A stretch of 64,000 nucleotides of DNA from a bacterium (GTDB lineage Bacteria > UBA8248 > JACPRG01 > G963555815). Where the stretch lies: contig OZ244653.1 in assembly GCA_965218795.1 (NCBI GenBank), positions 1,952,001 through 2,016,000 of the forward strand. Direction: 5' to 3'. Every line of letters begins with the position of its first letter. Position 1 is the first letter of the stretch. The notes under the pieces are model-generated. The model saw only the letters and a list, made by a program, of their open reading frames with translations, was not told the origin of the DNA and ran no database searches. This document shows, one piece after another, positions 29,433-40,526 of the stretch. Made by a program: the position numbers and the translations under genes.

Positions 29433-30623
29433 TTACTGGTCGGAAACGAGGATTTTCTCCGGAACGAACTTCGTTACGAAGGCGAATGTCTTGCTCTTGA
29501 TTTCGTGGATGGCGATACTCCTCTTGAACGGCATGTGCCACTTCGGAGTAAACGTCGTGAGGCCGGTGATGCACTCGACGTCTTCGAACTGCTCGAACGC
29601 CTGAGTGACCGCCGCGCCGTCTACCGAGCCCGCCCTCTTGACCGCCTCTGCATAGAGCTGGACCGCGCAGTAGCCCTCGGCGGCGTGGGACCTGAATAAT
29701 TCTTGCCCGGTCCGTTCGCGGAAATCGTCATAAAAGGCATTTATCTTCTGATCCGGATCCTTCCCAAGAAAGTTGGCCCGCGTCATGACGAACGCGTTAT
29801 CGAGCGCCGGAACCGACTCGAGCCAGTCCAGACCTTCCATGCCGGCGCACAGCACGATCGGCGCCGAAATACCGGCAGCACGGATTTGCCGAATCGCCGA
29901 CGGGCCGCCGGGCGGGAACGAGCACATCCCGATAACGTCGAACTCGTGGTTTTGCATCTGCGCGATCTGCGTAGCGATCGTGGGATCGTTGTTCTGGAAC
30001 GTCGCGTCACCAACGATTGTACCGCCAAAGAATTCATGGTGCTTTTTGAAGTTTTCAACCCACGACTGTGTGTATTTGAGGGTCATGTCTTCGAGCACGA
30101 ACGCTCTCGGCCAACTTCGCCCCTTTACCGCGAATTGAGCCGCTGCGGATGCCTCGGTCGGCGTTGAAATCGCCGTGTTGAAAGTCATCGGGGGCAAGCC
30201 GTTCGCACCGAGTTCCGGATCCGCGGCGCACAACGTCATGGAAGGAACGCCATTGGCACCGAACGTCACGGCGGGAGGGGCGGCGACATCAGGCGTGCAA
30301 GGGATCAACCCGAACACCGCACCTTCTTCGACCAAAGTCAGGGCCGCCGTCGCCGCGGTCCCCGGACCGCTTTGCGAATCGGCGATGATCCACTTGAGCG
30401 GGCGACCTAGCACCCCGCCAGCCTTGTTGATGTCCTCGACGGCCATGCGCGCGGCAAGCGCCCCAGGATAATCTAGGTACCTCATCCATCCGCTGACACC
30501 GGCAACGACGCCGATCACAATCGGCTTTCCCGAAGGGGCCTCGGCCGCTTGGCTCGGTGCTGCGAGCAAAAGCAGGCTCGAGACCACCAGCATCGCCATG
30601 GTCTTGGCATAATGGCTGATCAT
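29433..30623 (-). CDS. ABC substrate-binding protein, LivJ/LivK-like
   Basis: Signal peptide, AVEDINKAGGVLGRPL, GYCAVQLYAEAVKRAGS; GGAGG RBS. Confidence 0.9.
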   Translation of the reverse strand: MISHYAKTMAMLVVSSLLLLAAPSQAAEAPSGKPIVIGVVAGVSGWMRYLDYPGALAARMAVEDINKAGGVLGRPLKWIIADSQSGPGTAATAALTLVEEGAVFGLIPCTPDVAAPPAVTFGANGVPSMTLCAADPELGANGLPPMTFNTAISTPTEASAAAQFAVKGRSWPRAFVLEDMTLKYTQSWVENFKKHHEFFGGTIVGDATFQNNDPTIATQIAQMQNHEFDVIGMCSFPPGGPSAIRQIRAAGISAPIVLCAGMEGLDWLESVPALDNAFVMTRANFLGKDPDQKINAFYDDFRERTGQELFRSHAAEGYCAVQLYAEAVKRAGSVDGAAVTQAFEQFEDVECITGLTTFTPKWHMPFKRSIAIHEIKSKTFAFVTKFVPEKILVSDQ

Positions 30624-30721
30624 ATCTCCTCCCTCCCGCGGTGGTGTTGGCACGCGGCCCAAGAAAGGGGTCGCTTTAGCCGGTCTCGTTCAGACCTTTA
30701 TTTTAGCACCGGTGACCGCGT

Positions 30722-31972
30722 TGACCAGACCGATTTTTTGTACCACTTATTGGGAGAGAGTTTACATGACAGCCTGAGGCTGTGAAACCGGTTTGGGGGG
30801 AAGGAATGGATTGCAGACCTCCGGCGCCGGGGGCCGATAATTCAGCGCCGAGTGCGGTCTCCGGGTGTTATATTCCTCCCGCCATGGCTCAATCACAATC
30901 TGGGCCTCCTTCAACGAATAGAAGATCTCACCATTCAGGCATTCGTCTCTCAGCTTCCCATGGAAACGCTCACAATACCCATTCTCCCAGGGACTGCCGG
31001 GTTCGATGGATAACGTTCCGGTCCCAAGCTTCTCCAGCCACTGGCGCAAGTCCCGGGCCAGAAACTCTGGGCCGTTGTCGGATCGAATATGCTCCGGGAC
31101 CCCTTGCCACACCATCACGTCCGACAACGTCTCGATCACCTCCGGGCTGCCTATCCTCCGCTCGACTCGGATGGCCAGGCATTCCCTCGTAACCTCGTCC
31201 AGCAGCGTCAGAAGCCGCAGCGTTCTTCCATCGTGCGTTCTGGCGCTGACAAAATCATAGCTCCAGACGTGGTTCCGATGCTCCGGCCGCAGTCGCACAC
31301 AGGAACCGCCGTTCAGCCAGAGCCGTCTTCGGGGCCTTTGTTTCTGCGGCACTTTCAAACCTTCCCGCCGCCAGATTCGCTGCACCCGATCCTTCCCCAC
31401 CGGCCAGCCCGAGCTCTGCAGCAACGCCGTGATTCGTCGATAACCGTACCGCCCGTACTGCGCCGCCAGAGCCACCACCGCTCGTGTCAGCTCATCCTCG
31501 TCCAACCGATCCATCGGCCGGTATCGTTGCGTTCCCCTCCATTGCCCCAGCAGCCGGCAGGCGCGCCGTTCCGACAGGCCATACTTCCACCGCGCACACT
31601 CCACCGCGCAACGTCGCCGCTCAGGGCTCAGAAGTTTCCCTGGGCTACCTCCCGTAGCACTTGCTTCTCCAGCGACAACTCGGCCACCAGTCGCTTCAAC
31701 CGCGTATTTTCCTTCTCGAGCTCCTTCAGCCGTTTCGCCTGATCCAGCTTCAGCCCTCCATATTCCTTCCGCCAGCGGTAATAAGTCTGGGTGTGGATGC
31801 CGGCTTCCTTGCAGGCTTCGGGAGCCGTCTTCCCGTTTGCCATCTGCACTTCGATCTGCCGCAGCAAGGTCACAATCTGCTCTGCTTTGTACTTTCGGAT
31901 CGGCATGTCCAGCTTCCTCCTTCGTGAGATCCTCTCTCACTTCCGCTGGTACATAAAACGCCGGTCAGGTCA
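30722..31972 (-). mobile_element. IS3 family element (orfA 31906-31628, orfB via -1 frameshift)
   Basis: [39 protein letters not shown]; TGACC..GGTCA TIRs. Confidence 0.92.
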
Positions 31973-32250
31973 ACGGGTTGCTTCCCTCGGGCGCTACACC
32001 CCAGGCTTCCGCCATGTAGTAGAGCCGCGAGAGCGTCTCCACCACACGGTTCGCCATGCTCGGAGTCTTGTGGAGGCGATAATGCAGGGCAGCCACCTGA
32101 TCCCGCCCGATCTCGCCCAGACGCTTGGACCCGAACTCCGGCACGAGAACCTTACGACCGAGCGGTAAGCGCATCTCGCCAACGATCCCCTGAAGTCGGC
32201 CGCCAACCGCATCGCGGCCATGATCGCCCAACTCTCCGGAGGGGCGGTTT
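31973..32250. pseudogene. Two tyrosine integrase fragments in opposite orientation
   Basis: Minus: LGEIGRDQVAALHYRLHKTPSMANRVV...WGVAPEGSNP (resembles 58128-60526); plus: AHLANDPLKSAANRIA C-terminus. Confidence 0.7.
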
Positions 32251-32429
32251 GAACCGCGCACACCAGAGTCGGACCGAGGACGAGTCTGGCAGCGGAGTGC
32301 ATCGGATCCGCAAAGGGACGAGAGCCGGACGTCTGGTAGGCTGCGCGTTACGGAACGCATCGGTACTGAAGACGGGCACCGAGCGCGAGTGGTGGCCATT
32401 GGAGGCCCACCGCGCGCTGGCTGAGGACC

Positions 32430-33299
32430 TCAGGTGCCGTAGAAGAGGTCACCGTACTTCTCGAACAATCGTCCGTTGACCTTGTCGATAAAGTTCAGGA
32501 CATCGTCGATGTACGAGTCGTCCAATCTGACTCTTCTCGTCCACCCCCGAAAGGGCAGTGTGGCGAACGGGACGATCAGCGAAACGTGGCCGACGCTGAC
32601 GCGAAGCGGCTCGTATAGCGGCGAGAACCCACGGGCGACGTTCCCCTGCAAGGAGAAGCCGAGGACCTCCTGCCACGAACCGTGAACGGATTCCGAAAAG
32701 GTGCCGTATGCCACGGCATACAGGTCTTCGGGCACCACTTCCTTGAAGATCTCGTAGAACGTCTTGCCCCGAACACGCCAATCGTTTCTGACCTGTGCTT
32801 CGAAGCTGTGTTCGTCCAACTCCTCCCGGGCGAGCTTCTCCTTGATCGAGCGAACGAGCCGTCTCCCGGCCTTGCTGCGATAATACTCGGACCCGGATGC
32901 CGCATCTTCGAGCATCCTGACCCTGTTTCTGAAAGAACACCGGCGATAGTCTTCTATCGTCGATTTGTCCGAACGGAGCAGATAGGTCGCGGTAACGGCC
33001 ACCTCGATGAGCGACCGTTCGGCGATGGCTGCGAACTCCGCGCTGTCCTCCTTGCAGATCCAGACGATGAGCTTCAGCAGCTTCCACGTGCGGATGAGCA
33101 GACCGAGTATCGGGGCATCGTTGATCGAGAAACCCGTCGGGTTCCTTTCGACGTTCTTCAAGCGGGAGAGGATGTCGAGAATCTCCGCGATGTCCTCGTA
33201 GAAGGCCAACGCCAGCCGGTCCGCCTCAGGCGTGGACGCAAGGAGCCGCGCCAGGTAGTCGCGATCGTATTTGGCGAGAATTTCCTGGATCTCGTCCAT
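32430..33299 (-). CDS. DUF5677-like protein
   Basis: RSLIEVAVTATYL and YGTFSESVHGSW pattern; GGAGG RBS. Confidence 0.7.
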   Translation of the reverse strand: MDEIQEILAKYDRDYLARLLASTPEADRLALAFYEDIAEILDILSRLKNVERNPTGFSINDAPILGLLIRTWKLLKLIVWICKEDSAEFAAIAERSLIEVAVTATYLLRSDKSTIEDYRRCSFRNRVRMLEDAASGSEYYRSKAGRRLVRSIKEKLAREELDEHSFEAQVRNDWRVRGKTFYEIFKEVVPEDLYAVAYGTFSESVHGSWQEVLGFSLQGNVARGFSPLYEPLRVSVGHVSLIVPFATLPFRGWTRRVRLDDSYIDDVLNFIDKVNGRLFEKYGDLFYGT

Positions 33300-33369
33300 G
33301 GTCGTGGGTTTGTCCGGCCTCCTTGGAAGAACGGCGTCGCCTAACTCGGATCGGGGAAGGGGAGGACCC

Positions 33370-34145
33370 TCAGCGATTCGGGCCGTCGTAGAGTTCGTCG
33401 AACTTGAAGTAGATCGCGCGGCAGTACTCTTGGATCTGATCGAGCGTCTGGCGCAAGGAGCCGTCCTGCAGCTGGACTCTCTCGATCCAAAGGACGTACG
33501 GCGGTGTCGCGTATCGGACCAAGGGCAGTATCGCCCGGGCGTCCACGCCGGGGAACAGAGCGAACGCGGAGAAGGTGCCGTCGTCGTTCCTGGACAGGCA
33601 CCAATCCATGGATTCGATCCACGAACCGTGTATGGATTCCGACAGAATGCCGTAGACGAATGGATACTCGGCTGGGCTCGCCACCTCGCCGAAGATTTTG
33701 TATAGGGACTTTCCCTGGAGGCGCCAACCGTTGCGCTTTTGTGAGGCGAAGCTGTCCTTGGACAGCCCCTCGAGAGAGAGGCCGTCGAGGGCGGATTGTA
33801 GAACGCGCTGACCTCCAGGTGTTCGAAAGAACTCGGATCCGCTATCGTGGTCGCGCAGTATCCTGAGCGTATCCTTGTACGAGCACCTTCGAAAGTCCTC
33901 TACGGCATCGTCTCCTTCGCGAAGGAGATAGGTGGCGACGATCGCCGACTCGATCAACGGGCGAGAGAACACGGTGACGTACTCGCCGTTACGGAGCTCG
34001 TAGAACCTAGCGACAAGTTGGAGCAGCTTCGCAACGCGCGTCAAGAGGCCGACGATGGGCGCTTCGGCAAGATCGTATCCGGAGGGGTTTCGACTTTCGT
34101 TGCGTTGCAGCGTTGAGAAAAGAGATTCAAGGCCGCTCCGGTACG
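33370..34145 (-). pseudogene. Second DUF5677-like paralog, N-terminus damaged
   Basis: RNPSGYDLAEAPIVGLL aligns with RNPTGFSINDAPILGLL; RPLIESAIVATYL; SESIHGSW; no clear start. Confidence 0.65.
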
Positions 34146-34255
34146 GGCAGCCCTTCGATGAACAGTCAATGACTGAACAGTCATGGACTGAAACCGCTCG
34201 ACTAGGCGACGCGAAGCGCCGCGAAAACGGGGCGGCACGCTGCCGCCGGGCCTGG

Positions 34256-35299
34256 CTAACTCGCGTCCACGTCGACCCCCAGCTCTCTCATGAACCGGCG
34301 GTAGGCGACGGCCACGGCGTCGGGACCTTTGAGATGGAGCTCCTCGCTTAAATCAAGCGGCAACTCCCAGGGGCGCTGGTTGTTGACGATGGGCTCGTCC
34401 TGATCCGCGATTGAGTCCCTCGTCCTGATATGTTTCGGGATCCCGCCGCCGTATTCCCGGTCATCCATCCACATGTCGGATTGCTCCACCCAGACCGGGC
34501 CGTGCTTCACATCCGGCGCATCCATGTCGAAGTTTCGGGCAATCAAATCGTACCGGGTGCTCTCGTTGATTGTGTGCGGCGTGACCGTATAGAGGATTGC
34601 GTCCGTATTGCCGTTCTCCTCCACCTTCCACTGGTGGATGGTGAATGGACGGGTCACGCGGTAATTGCGCGTGTGGGGGACGGGATGCATCCCGTCGGGA
34701 TGCTGCTGAATCCCGAACCGCAGCGACTCGCCCTCCCGCCGGATCTCCACGTGCGGGACTTCGGGATGGTCCCGGTCGCCCAGGATGCCCGTGTGCACCC
34801 AGGCGAAGTGCCCGAAATCGACGAAATTCTCGATGGAGCGGGCGGCGCTGCACTTCCAGTACTTCCGCTGCCGGAAGAAGATCTTGAAGCCGGGGTCGTC
34901 GTACTGGGGGAACTCCGGAATGGGCGCGCGGGGCGTGTCCGACAGGCAGACCCATACCATCCCGTAGGCTTCCTGGGCCGGATAGGCCGTCAGGCAGGCT
35001 TTTTTCGGGATGGGGTGTTCGGGTGGGACGGAGGGGATGCGCGTACACTTGCCCGCCCCGTCGTACGACCAGCCGTGGTAGGCGCAGACAATCCGTTCGC
35101 CCTCGACCCACCCCAGCGAGATGGGCGTGCCGCGATGGATGCAGAGGTCGCGGAACGCCCGATATTGGCCGTTGATGCGGCAGACCGCAATGCGCTCATC
35201 CAGCAGCTTGACGGCCAGGGGTTTTTCGGCCGCTTCCTCGGACCAGCAGACCGGGTGCCAGTACTCGCGCAGGGCCGGCCACAGTTGGGTCTCATCCAT
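34256..35299 (-). CDS. Rieske non-heme iron oxygenase alpha subunit (VanA/NdmA-like demethylase type)
   Basis: CIHRG...CAYHGW Rieske motif, ENFVDFGHFAWVH, QD; AGGAG RBS. Confidence 0.92.
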   Translation of the reverse strand: MDETQLWPALREYWHPVCWSEEAAEKPLAVKLLDERIAVCRINGQYRAFRDLCIHRGTPISLGWVEGERIVCAYHGWSYDGAGKCTRIPSVPPEHPIPKKACLTAYPAQEAYGMVWVCLSDTPRAPIPEFPQYDDPGFKIFFRQRKYWKCSAARSIENFVDFGHFAWVHTGILGDRDHPEVPHVEIRREGESLRFGIQQHPDGMHPVPHTRNYRVTRPFTIHQWKVEENGNTDAILYTVTPHTINESTRYDLIARNFDMDAPDVKHGPVWVEQSDMWMDDREYGGGIPKHIRTRDSIADQDEPIVNNQRPWELPLDLSEELHLKGPDAVAVAYRRFMRELGVDVDAS

Positions 35300-35776
35300 C
35301 GGGATTTCTCCTGAATGAGTCGGGGTCGGGTGATCCGGGTCAGATCTTGACTTCGCACTCTGGGATTTTCTCGGGTCTCGTCGTACAGAGTGTACATTAG
35401 CGTCACTCGGTTGTGTTGCGTATCAGAAACACGTTAAATCGGGAATTTCCCCTTTCAGATCTTGCCGGAGGAATGCCCCGCCTGCATGATTTTGTGACCA
35501 ATTACAACCCCATCTACCTGAGCCGTCAACAGCATATCGAACCCCTCAAGCTGATGTTCGGCCTGCATTCGCCTTGGAAAAACACGCTATCCTCCCTTAC
35601 TCTGAGCCTTCCTAGCTGGTCAACGAGTGAAGAAAAAATTCCCCCCTTTCCTTCCGCCGAACTAGGCCGGCAGCGGTTAGACACGCACCGGCCGTAATCG
35701 GTTGATTCGGTCAAGGATCATCTCCCTTCAAGGGTATTGCCCTCATCTGATGAGGTGGCTGGCACGGCAGCCGCTC

Positions 35777-37065
35777 TCAAAAAGAAACGCCCTGGAGCTC
35801 CTTGGCACGCCTGCGGTGCTCAGGAAGAACCTGGGAGAGGTCACACATGAGCAACCGCCCCTCCTCGACCACCACGCGGCCGTTGACCAGGAGGGTCTTC
35901 ACGTTCGTCGGGGCACAGAACACCAGGGCGGCCAGGGGGTCCCCGACACCGGAGTATCCCAGCTCCTCCAGGGAGAAGATGGCTAGATCAGCGCACATGG
36001 CCGGTTTGAGCGCGCCCACGTCGTCCCGGCCAAGACAGCGCGCCCCCTCCGTCGTCGCCAGCCGCAGCGCCTCCTTTGCCGTTATGGCGTCGGCCCCTCG
36101 GACCACCCGTTGCAGCAAGAGGGCCTGGCGAATCTCGGCCAACATGTGGGAAGATTCGTTCGAGGCGCTTCCGTCCAGCCCGAGGCCCACGGGCGAGCCC
36201 GCGGCTCGCAGGTCCCCCACTCGGGCCACTCATCCCCCAGGCGCATGTTGGAGGAGGGACAGTGCGCCACGCCGACCCCTGCCCGCCCCAGGCGCTCTAC
36301 CTCGCTGTCGTTGAAATGAACACCGTGGGCCAGCCAGACGTCGTCCCCCATCCAGCCGCACTCTTCCAGCAGGTCCACTGGCCGCATGCCGAAGTTCTCC
36401 AGGCAATAGCGCTCCTCGCCCACTGTCTCGCAGAGATGAGTGTGAAGGCGGACGCCATGCTTGCGCGCCAGGGTGGCCGACTCCCGCATCAGGTCCTGGC
36501 TCACTGAAGTGGGCGCGCAAGGAGAGAGCGCAACACGTGTCATGGCCCCCCCCGCGACGGGTCGTGATACTTGGCGATGACGGCCTCGCAGTCCGCCAGG
36601 ACCTCGTCCTCACAGTTCTCGTCCGGGGGCAGGCCGCCTTTCGACCGCCCGACGCTCATCCACCCGCGCGTCACGTGGAAGCGCGCGCCCAACTCCTTGG
36701 CAGCCTCCACCTGGACGTCAAAGTGGCCCTTCCCGCCCCGGGGGACGAAACAGTGATGGTCGCACGCTGTCGTGCAGCCCGAGAGCAGGAGCTCGGCCAG
36801 GGCCACCGTCGTTCCCAGGCGGACAACCTCGGGGTCGATTTTCGCCCACACAGGATAGAGGGCCTCGAGCCACGGGAAGAGCCCGGCGTCGAGGGCGGGG
36901 GGATAGCACCGGTTGAGGGTCTGGACAAAGTGGTGGTGGGTGTTGACCAGCCCGGGAAGGACGACGCAGTCCTGAGCGTTGATCGTCCGGTCATACTCTC
37001 CCGGCGGGGGCGGTCCCTCCCCCACCGAGGCGGTCCTTCCTTCCTCCAGGACTAGCGTAGCCGCC
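35777..37065 (-). pseudogene. 8-oxoguanine deaminase/AtzB-like amidohydrolase, frameshifted
   Basis: PGLVNTHHHF, LHTHLCET, WLAHGVH, AHCPSSNMRLG, LGLDGSASN spread over three frames. Confidence 0.88.
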
Positions 37066-37308
37066 TGGGAACCATCCCTTTTCTCGGTCCAGATCGACGA
37101 CTGCCGTCTGTTCCCGAAGGGCGTGCAACTCCGCTTCGGGCTTGTCAGGGGTATGGTCGGTGGGGACTCCCGTGGTGTCCCGGATAGCGTTAGTTCGTCG
37201 TAAGGAACATCCTTGAAGATACCAAGAGAGCCGCAGCCAAGACTAATTGGTCGTTTAGCCTCAATCATGCTGGTGGCGGTGAATCCGCCCACAGGGGCAC
37301 CCATGCGT

Positions 37309-38160
37309 TGACCTGGCCCCTTCAAGCGGGTCCAGTTTATAAGAGAGTATTCCTGGATTGTAGAAGGAGGGGAAGGATGGCAAGGAAGCGTTTTACAGCG
37401 GAACAGATCGTCATCAAGCTGCGCGAGGCGGAGGTGGCCCAGGCCCAGGGGAAGACGGTGGTCCAGGTGTGCAAGCAGATCGGGGTGACCGAGCAGACCT
37501 ACTACCGGTGGAGGAAGTCGTACGGAGGTCTGAGGATGGATCAGGCGAAGCGTCTCAAGTCGCTGGAGAAGGAAAACGCCCGTCTGAAGAAGCTGGTGGC
37601 GGATCTGTCTCTGGACAATCAGATTTTAAAGGAAGTCTCCTCGGGAAACTTCTAGGCCCGGCGAAAAGGAGACGAGCCGTGGTATGGGTGCGAGAGCGAT
37701 TCGGCCCTGAGCGAGTCTCCGAGCGTCGGGCCTGCCGCGTGCTGGGACAGGCCAGAACCACCCAGCGAAGAGTCCGACAGATCCCCAACGAAGAGGCACA
37801 ACTGGTGATCCGGATGGTGGAGTTGGCCAGCGCGTACGGCCGATACGGGTACCGGAGGATCACGGCCATGCTTCGTTGGGAGGGGTGGAAGGTGAACCAC
37901 AAGCGAGTGGAAAGACTCTGGCGACAGGAGGGGCTGAAGGTCCCGTCCAGACAGCCGAAACGAAGGAGACTGTGGCTCCATGACGGCTCCTGCGTGCGCC
38001 TGAGACCGACTCATCGGAACCATGTCTGGAGCTATGACTTCATGCATGAGCGCACCCAAGAGGGGAGGGCTTTCCGGCTGCTGACCATTTTGGATGAGCA
38101 CAGCCGGGAATGTTTGTCCATTGATGCCCCAAGGCAGATGAATCACCAGGATGTGCTGGA
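37309..38160 (+). mobile_element. IS3 family element, truncated (close relative of 55297-56566)
   Basis: orfA 37377-37655; orfB ends at DVLER; left TIR only. Confidence 0.9.
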
Positions 38161-38218
38161 AAGGACCCGACGAAATCTCCAGGTTGATGGAGAATCTAGG
38201 TAAGACTAGCCGGGCGTG

Positions 38219-38940
38219 TTAACGAAAAAGCGAATGAACGCTTTCGTCGCTTCTCTTCTTCGAATACCATCGTCGGGCTTCAACCTTTTCCGTCATTGCC
38301 CAGGACGTCACAAGACGCCAATAACTGTTTTGCAATAGCTTCCGCCGGCACTCGGACCCATTCCCGGTGTACAAACGTGAATGCGAGCATATGTACGAGA
38401 GTGAACAAGCAGCCGGCCCATGTGGGCTTATCGATAGCCTGGAGCATGATGTAGCGTCGCCCTTCCATGAGACGGCTATGGCAGCCACTATGGCTGCAAT
38501 GACCAAACCGTCGACAAGAAGTGCAAGCGGTTTGAGCGCCCATATATTTCGCCGAAAGCCGTAGTTGACGTTCTCCTCGAAGATGAGCCGGAACCTCTCG
38601 CGATCCGTCACTTGAGCTAGCAGCCAAGCCGTGGCACTCTCGTATCCTTCGTCGGCCTTTGTTGGAGACCTCTTTTCGTCTTGCGGCGTCGCCAGCTTCA
38701 GTTGGGGAACGTTGCGCTCCAAAAATGCCCGATACCGATCCTTTGCCGCCGTCGGGATGCGCGCATCACGATGTCGTAGCATCACTACGGACGGCTTCCC
38801 GCCCCACGCTTGAAACAGGTTCGGTTCAAGTGCTTTCCCTCGATCCCGCCCAAACTGCGTCAACCACGTTGCGCCACCGCAATAAACCACCAATCCGATG
38901 ACGGCCGCCCACGTTGACTGAAATTCTGGAACATATACTT
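38219..38940 (-). pseudogene. Truncated/frameshifted membrane protein of unknown family
   Basis: WGGKPS..LR, FEENVNYGFRRN, hydrophobic helices; C-terminus continues in ORF 38280..38627; no start. Confidence 0.55.
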
Positions 38941-38987
38941 CCCCGGGTTTCTAGACAATCGTGCAATGTAGGTCTTAACACATGCCG

Positions 38988-39016
38988 TTGATAGGTCCCG
39001 TAGAGAGGGGTATAAT
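38988..39016 (+). promoter_or_regulatory. Sigma70-type promoter
   Basis: TTGATA-17 bp-TATAAT, 35 nt upstream of ATG 39051. Confidence 0.7.
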
Positions 39017-39050
39017 TGGATCAAACAGCTGGACACGCAGGAGAGGAGAC

Positions 39051-39260
39051 ATGGCCCAGGGCTTCAAGTTCCGCGTGGTGCGGGTTCACACCCTCGCCTT
39101 TCCGCCGGACATCAGCAAGAAGCTCGATTCCCTCGTCGCCAAGGACCCAAGGACCGCTACGGAGATCGTCACGACGGCCGTCCGCCGGTACCTGGAAGAA
39201 CAAGTGCCAATGGATTCGGTAGAGCCAGAGAGCCCGGAGGAGGAAACGTTCTCCTTCTGA
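39051..39260 (+). CDS. Small ribbon-helix-helix (CopG-like) protein
   Basis: GAGGAG RBS; TLAFPPDISKKLDSLV...TATEIVTTAVRRYLE beta-alpha-alpha pattern. Confidence 0.65.
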   Translation: MAQGFKFRVVRVHTLAFPPDISKKLDSLVAKDPRTATEIVTTAVRRYLEEQVPMDSVEPESPEEETFSF

Positions 39261-39297
39261 ACTGAAGGGCGCTCACTACTAATTGGAGGGTAAGGAC

Positions 39298-40323
39298 ATG
39301 CAGTCTCGAATCGGGTTCCGTTCTTTTGGGAAGATTCTGCTCGTGGGTTTGGCTGTGACTCTTCTCGCTCCCATGCCGGTCGTCGCAGCGGACAAGGTCA
39401 AGATGATGACCGGGTGGGTGCCGTATGCGCGCGACCTCGCGTTCTTCGCCGCCAAGGGACAGGGGATCTATAAGGCGGCCGGCCTTGAGGTCAAGATCGT
39501 CGGAGGGAAAGGTTCGGCGGATTCCGTCCGAAATCTGGTGGCCAAGACCATCCAGTTTGGATTCCCCGACCCCCCCCTCATCATCAAGAACCGCGTGGAG
39601 GGCGGCAACCTCAAGCTGGTGGCGATGTACCAGGACGTCACGTACGAGGCCATTCTCGCCCTGAAAAGCTCGGGGATCCGGTCCCTCCAGGATCTCGAAG
39701 GCAGGAAGCTCGGGTTGGCGAAGCAATCTGCGGCGGGACAACTCTTCCCGGCCTTCGCCCGGATGAACAAATTGAACGTGGGGAAGATCCGCGAAGTCAA
39801 CATGACCCCGGGGGCCCTGATTCCCAGTCTCATCAGCGGCAAGGTCGACGCGGCGGGTCTCTATACCAACAACGTCCCCATCATCCTGGGGGCCCTGAAG
39901 AAGCAGGGAAAGACCGATCAGGTCGTCAAGATCACCTTTGCCAGCCAAGGGCTGGACATTTATTCCAACGGGATCGGAACCACGGATGAGCTGATCGCGA
40001 ACAATCCCGACCTCGTCCGGCGCTTCACCACGGCTTCCATGCAGGGAGCCAAATGGGCCATCGAAAACCGGGAAGACGCGATCAAGGGCCTCCTGAAGTT
40101 TCTGCCCAACGTGAGCCCCTCCCTCTCGAAGGTTATGTGGGACCTGACCATTCAGCACATGGTGACCGACAACGCCAAGAAGAACGGCATCGGCCACATC
40201 GACCCGAAAAAAATGGAGTTCACACGAAAGGTGACCATGGACCTGTTCGGCATCAAAAAGGTCGTACCGCTGGGGGACATCTATACGCTCAAGTTCTTGC
40301 CGAAGATTCTGGTGAAGCTCTAA
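39298..40323 (+). CDS. ABC substrate-binding protein, NMT1/THI5-like
   Basis: Signal peptide, AAKGQGIYKAAGLEV, GKGS, DLEGRKLG, GKVDA, YSNG, NPDLVRRF. Confidence 0.88.
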   Translation: MQSRIGFRSFGKILLVGLAVTLLAPMPVVAADKVKMMTGWVPYARDLAFFAAKGQGIYKAAGLEVKIVGGKGSADSVRNLVAKTIQFGFPDPPLIIKNRVEGGNLKLVAMYQDVTYEAILALKSSGIRSLQDLEGRKLGLAKQSAAGQLFPAFARMNKLNVGKIREVNMTPGALIPSLISGKVDAAGLYTNNVPIILGALKKQGKTDQVVKITFASQGLDIYSNGIGTTDELIANNPDLVRRFTTASMQGAKWAIENREDAIKGLLKFLPNVSPSLSKVMWDLTIQHMVTDNAKKNGIGHIDPKKMEFTRKVTMDLFGIKKVVPLGDIYTLKFLPKILVKL

Positions 40324-40526
40324 CCCGTTCGCGAAACATCCCCGAGCGGGTCCGCAGGGCGGCGTGTTGCAGGGACAGGGCGGCCCCTTGTTCGACGGGA
40401 CCCCTCCAAGAGGGGGGCAGGCCGATGCCGCCTGGTGTCATCATCCCATGGGGTGGTGGACCCTGCAGACCGAGCGTTCCGGTAAGCCCTTCAGGAATGC
40501 ATTCAGAATCAAGGAGCGCCCAAGCA

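Noticed and set aside
40053-40526. Long N-terminal extension of the ferritin-like ORF
   Set aside because: Overlaps the upstream gene out of frame; RBS supports ATG 40527
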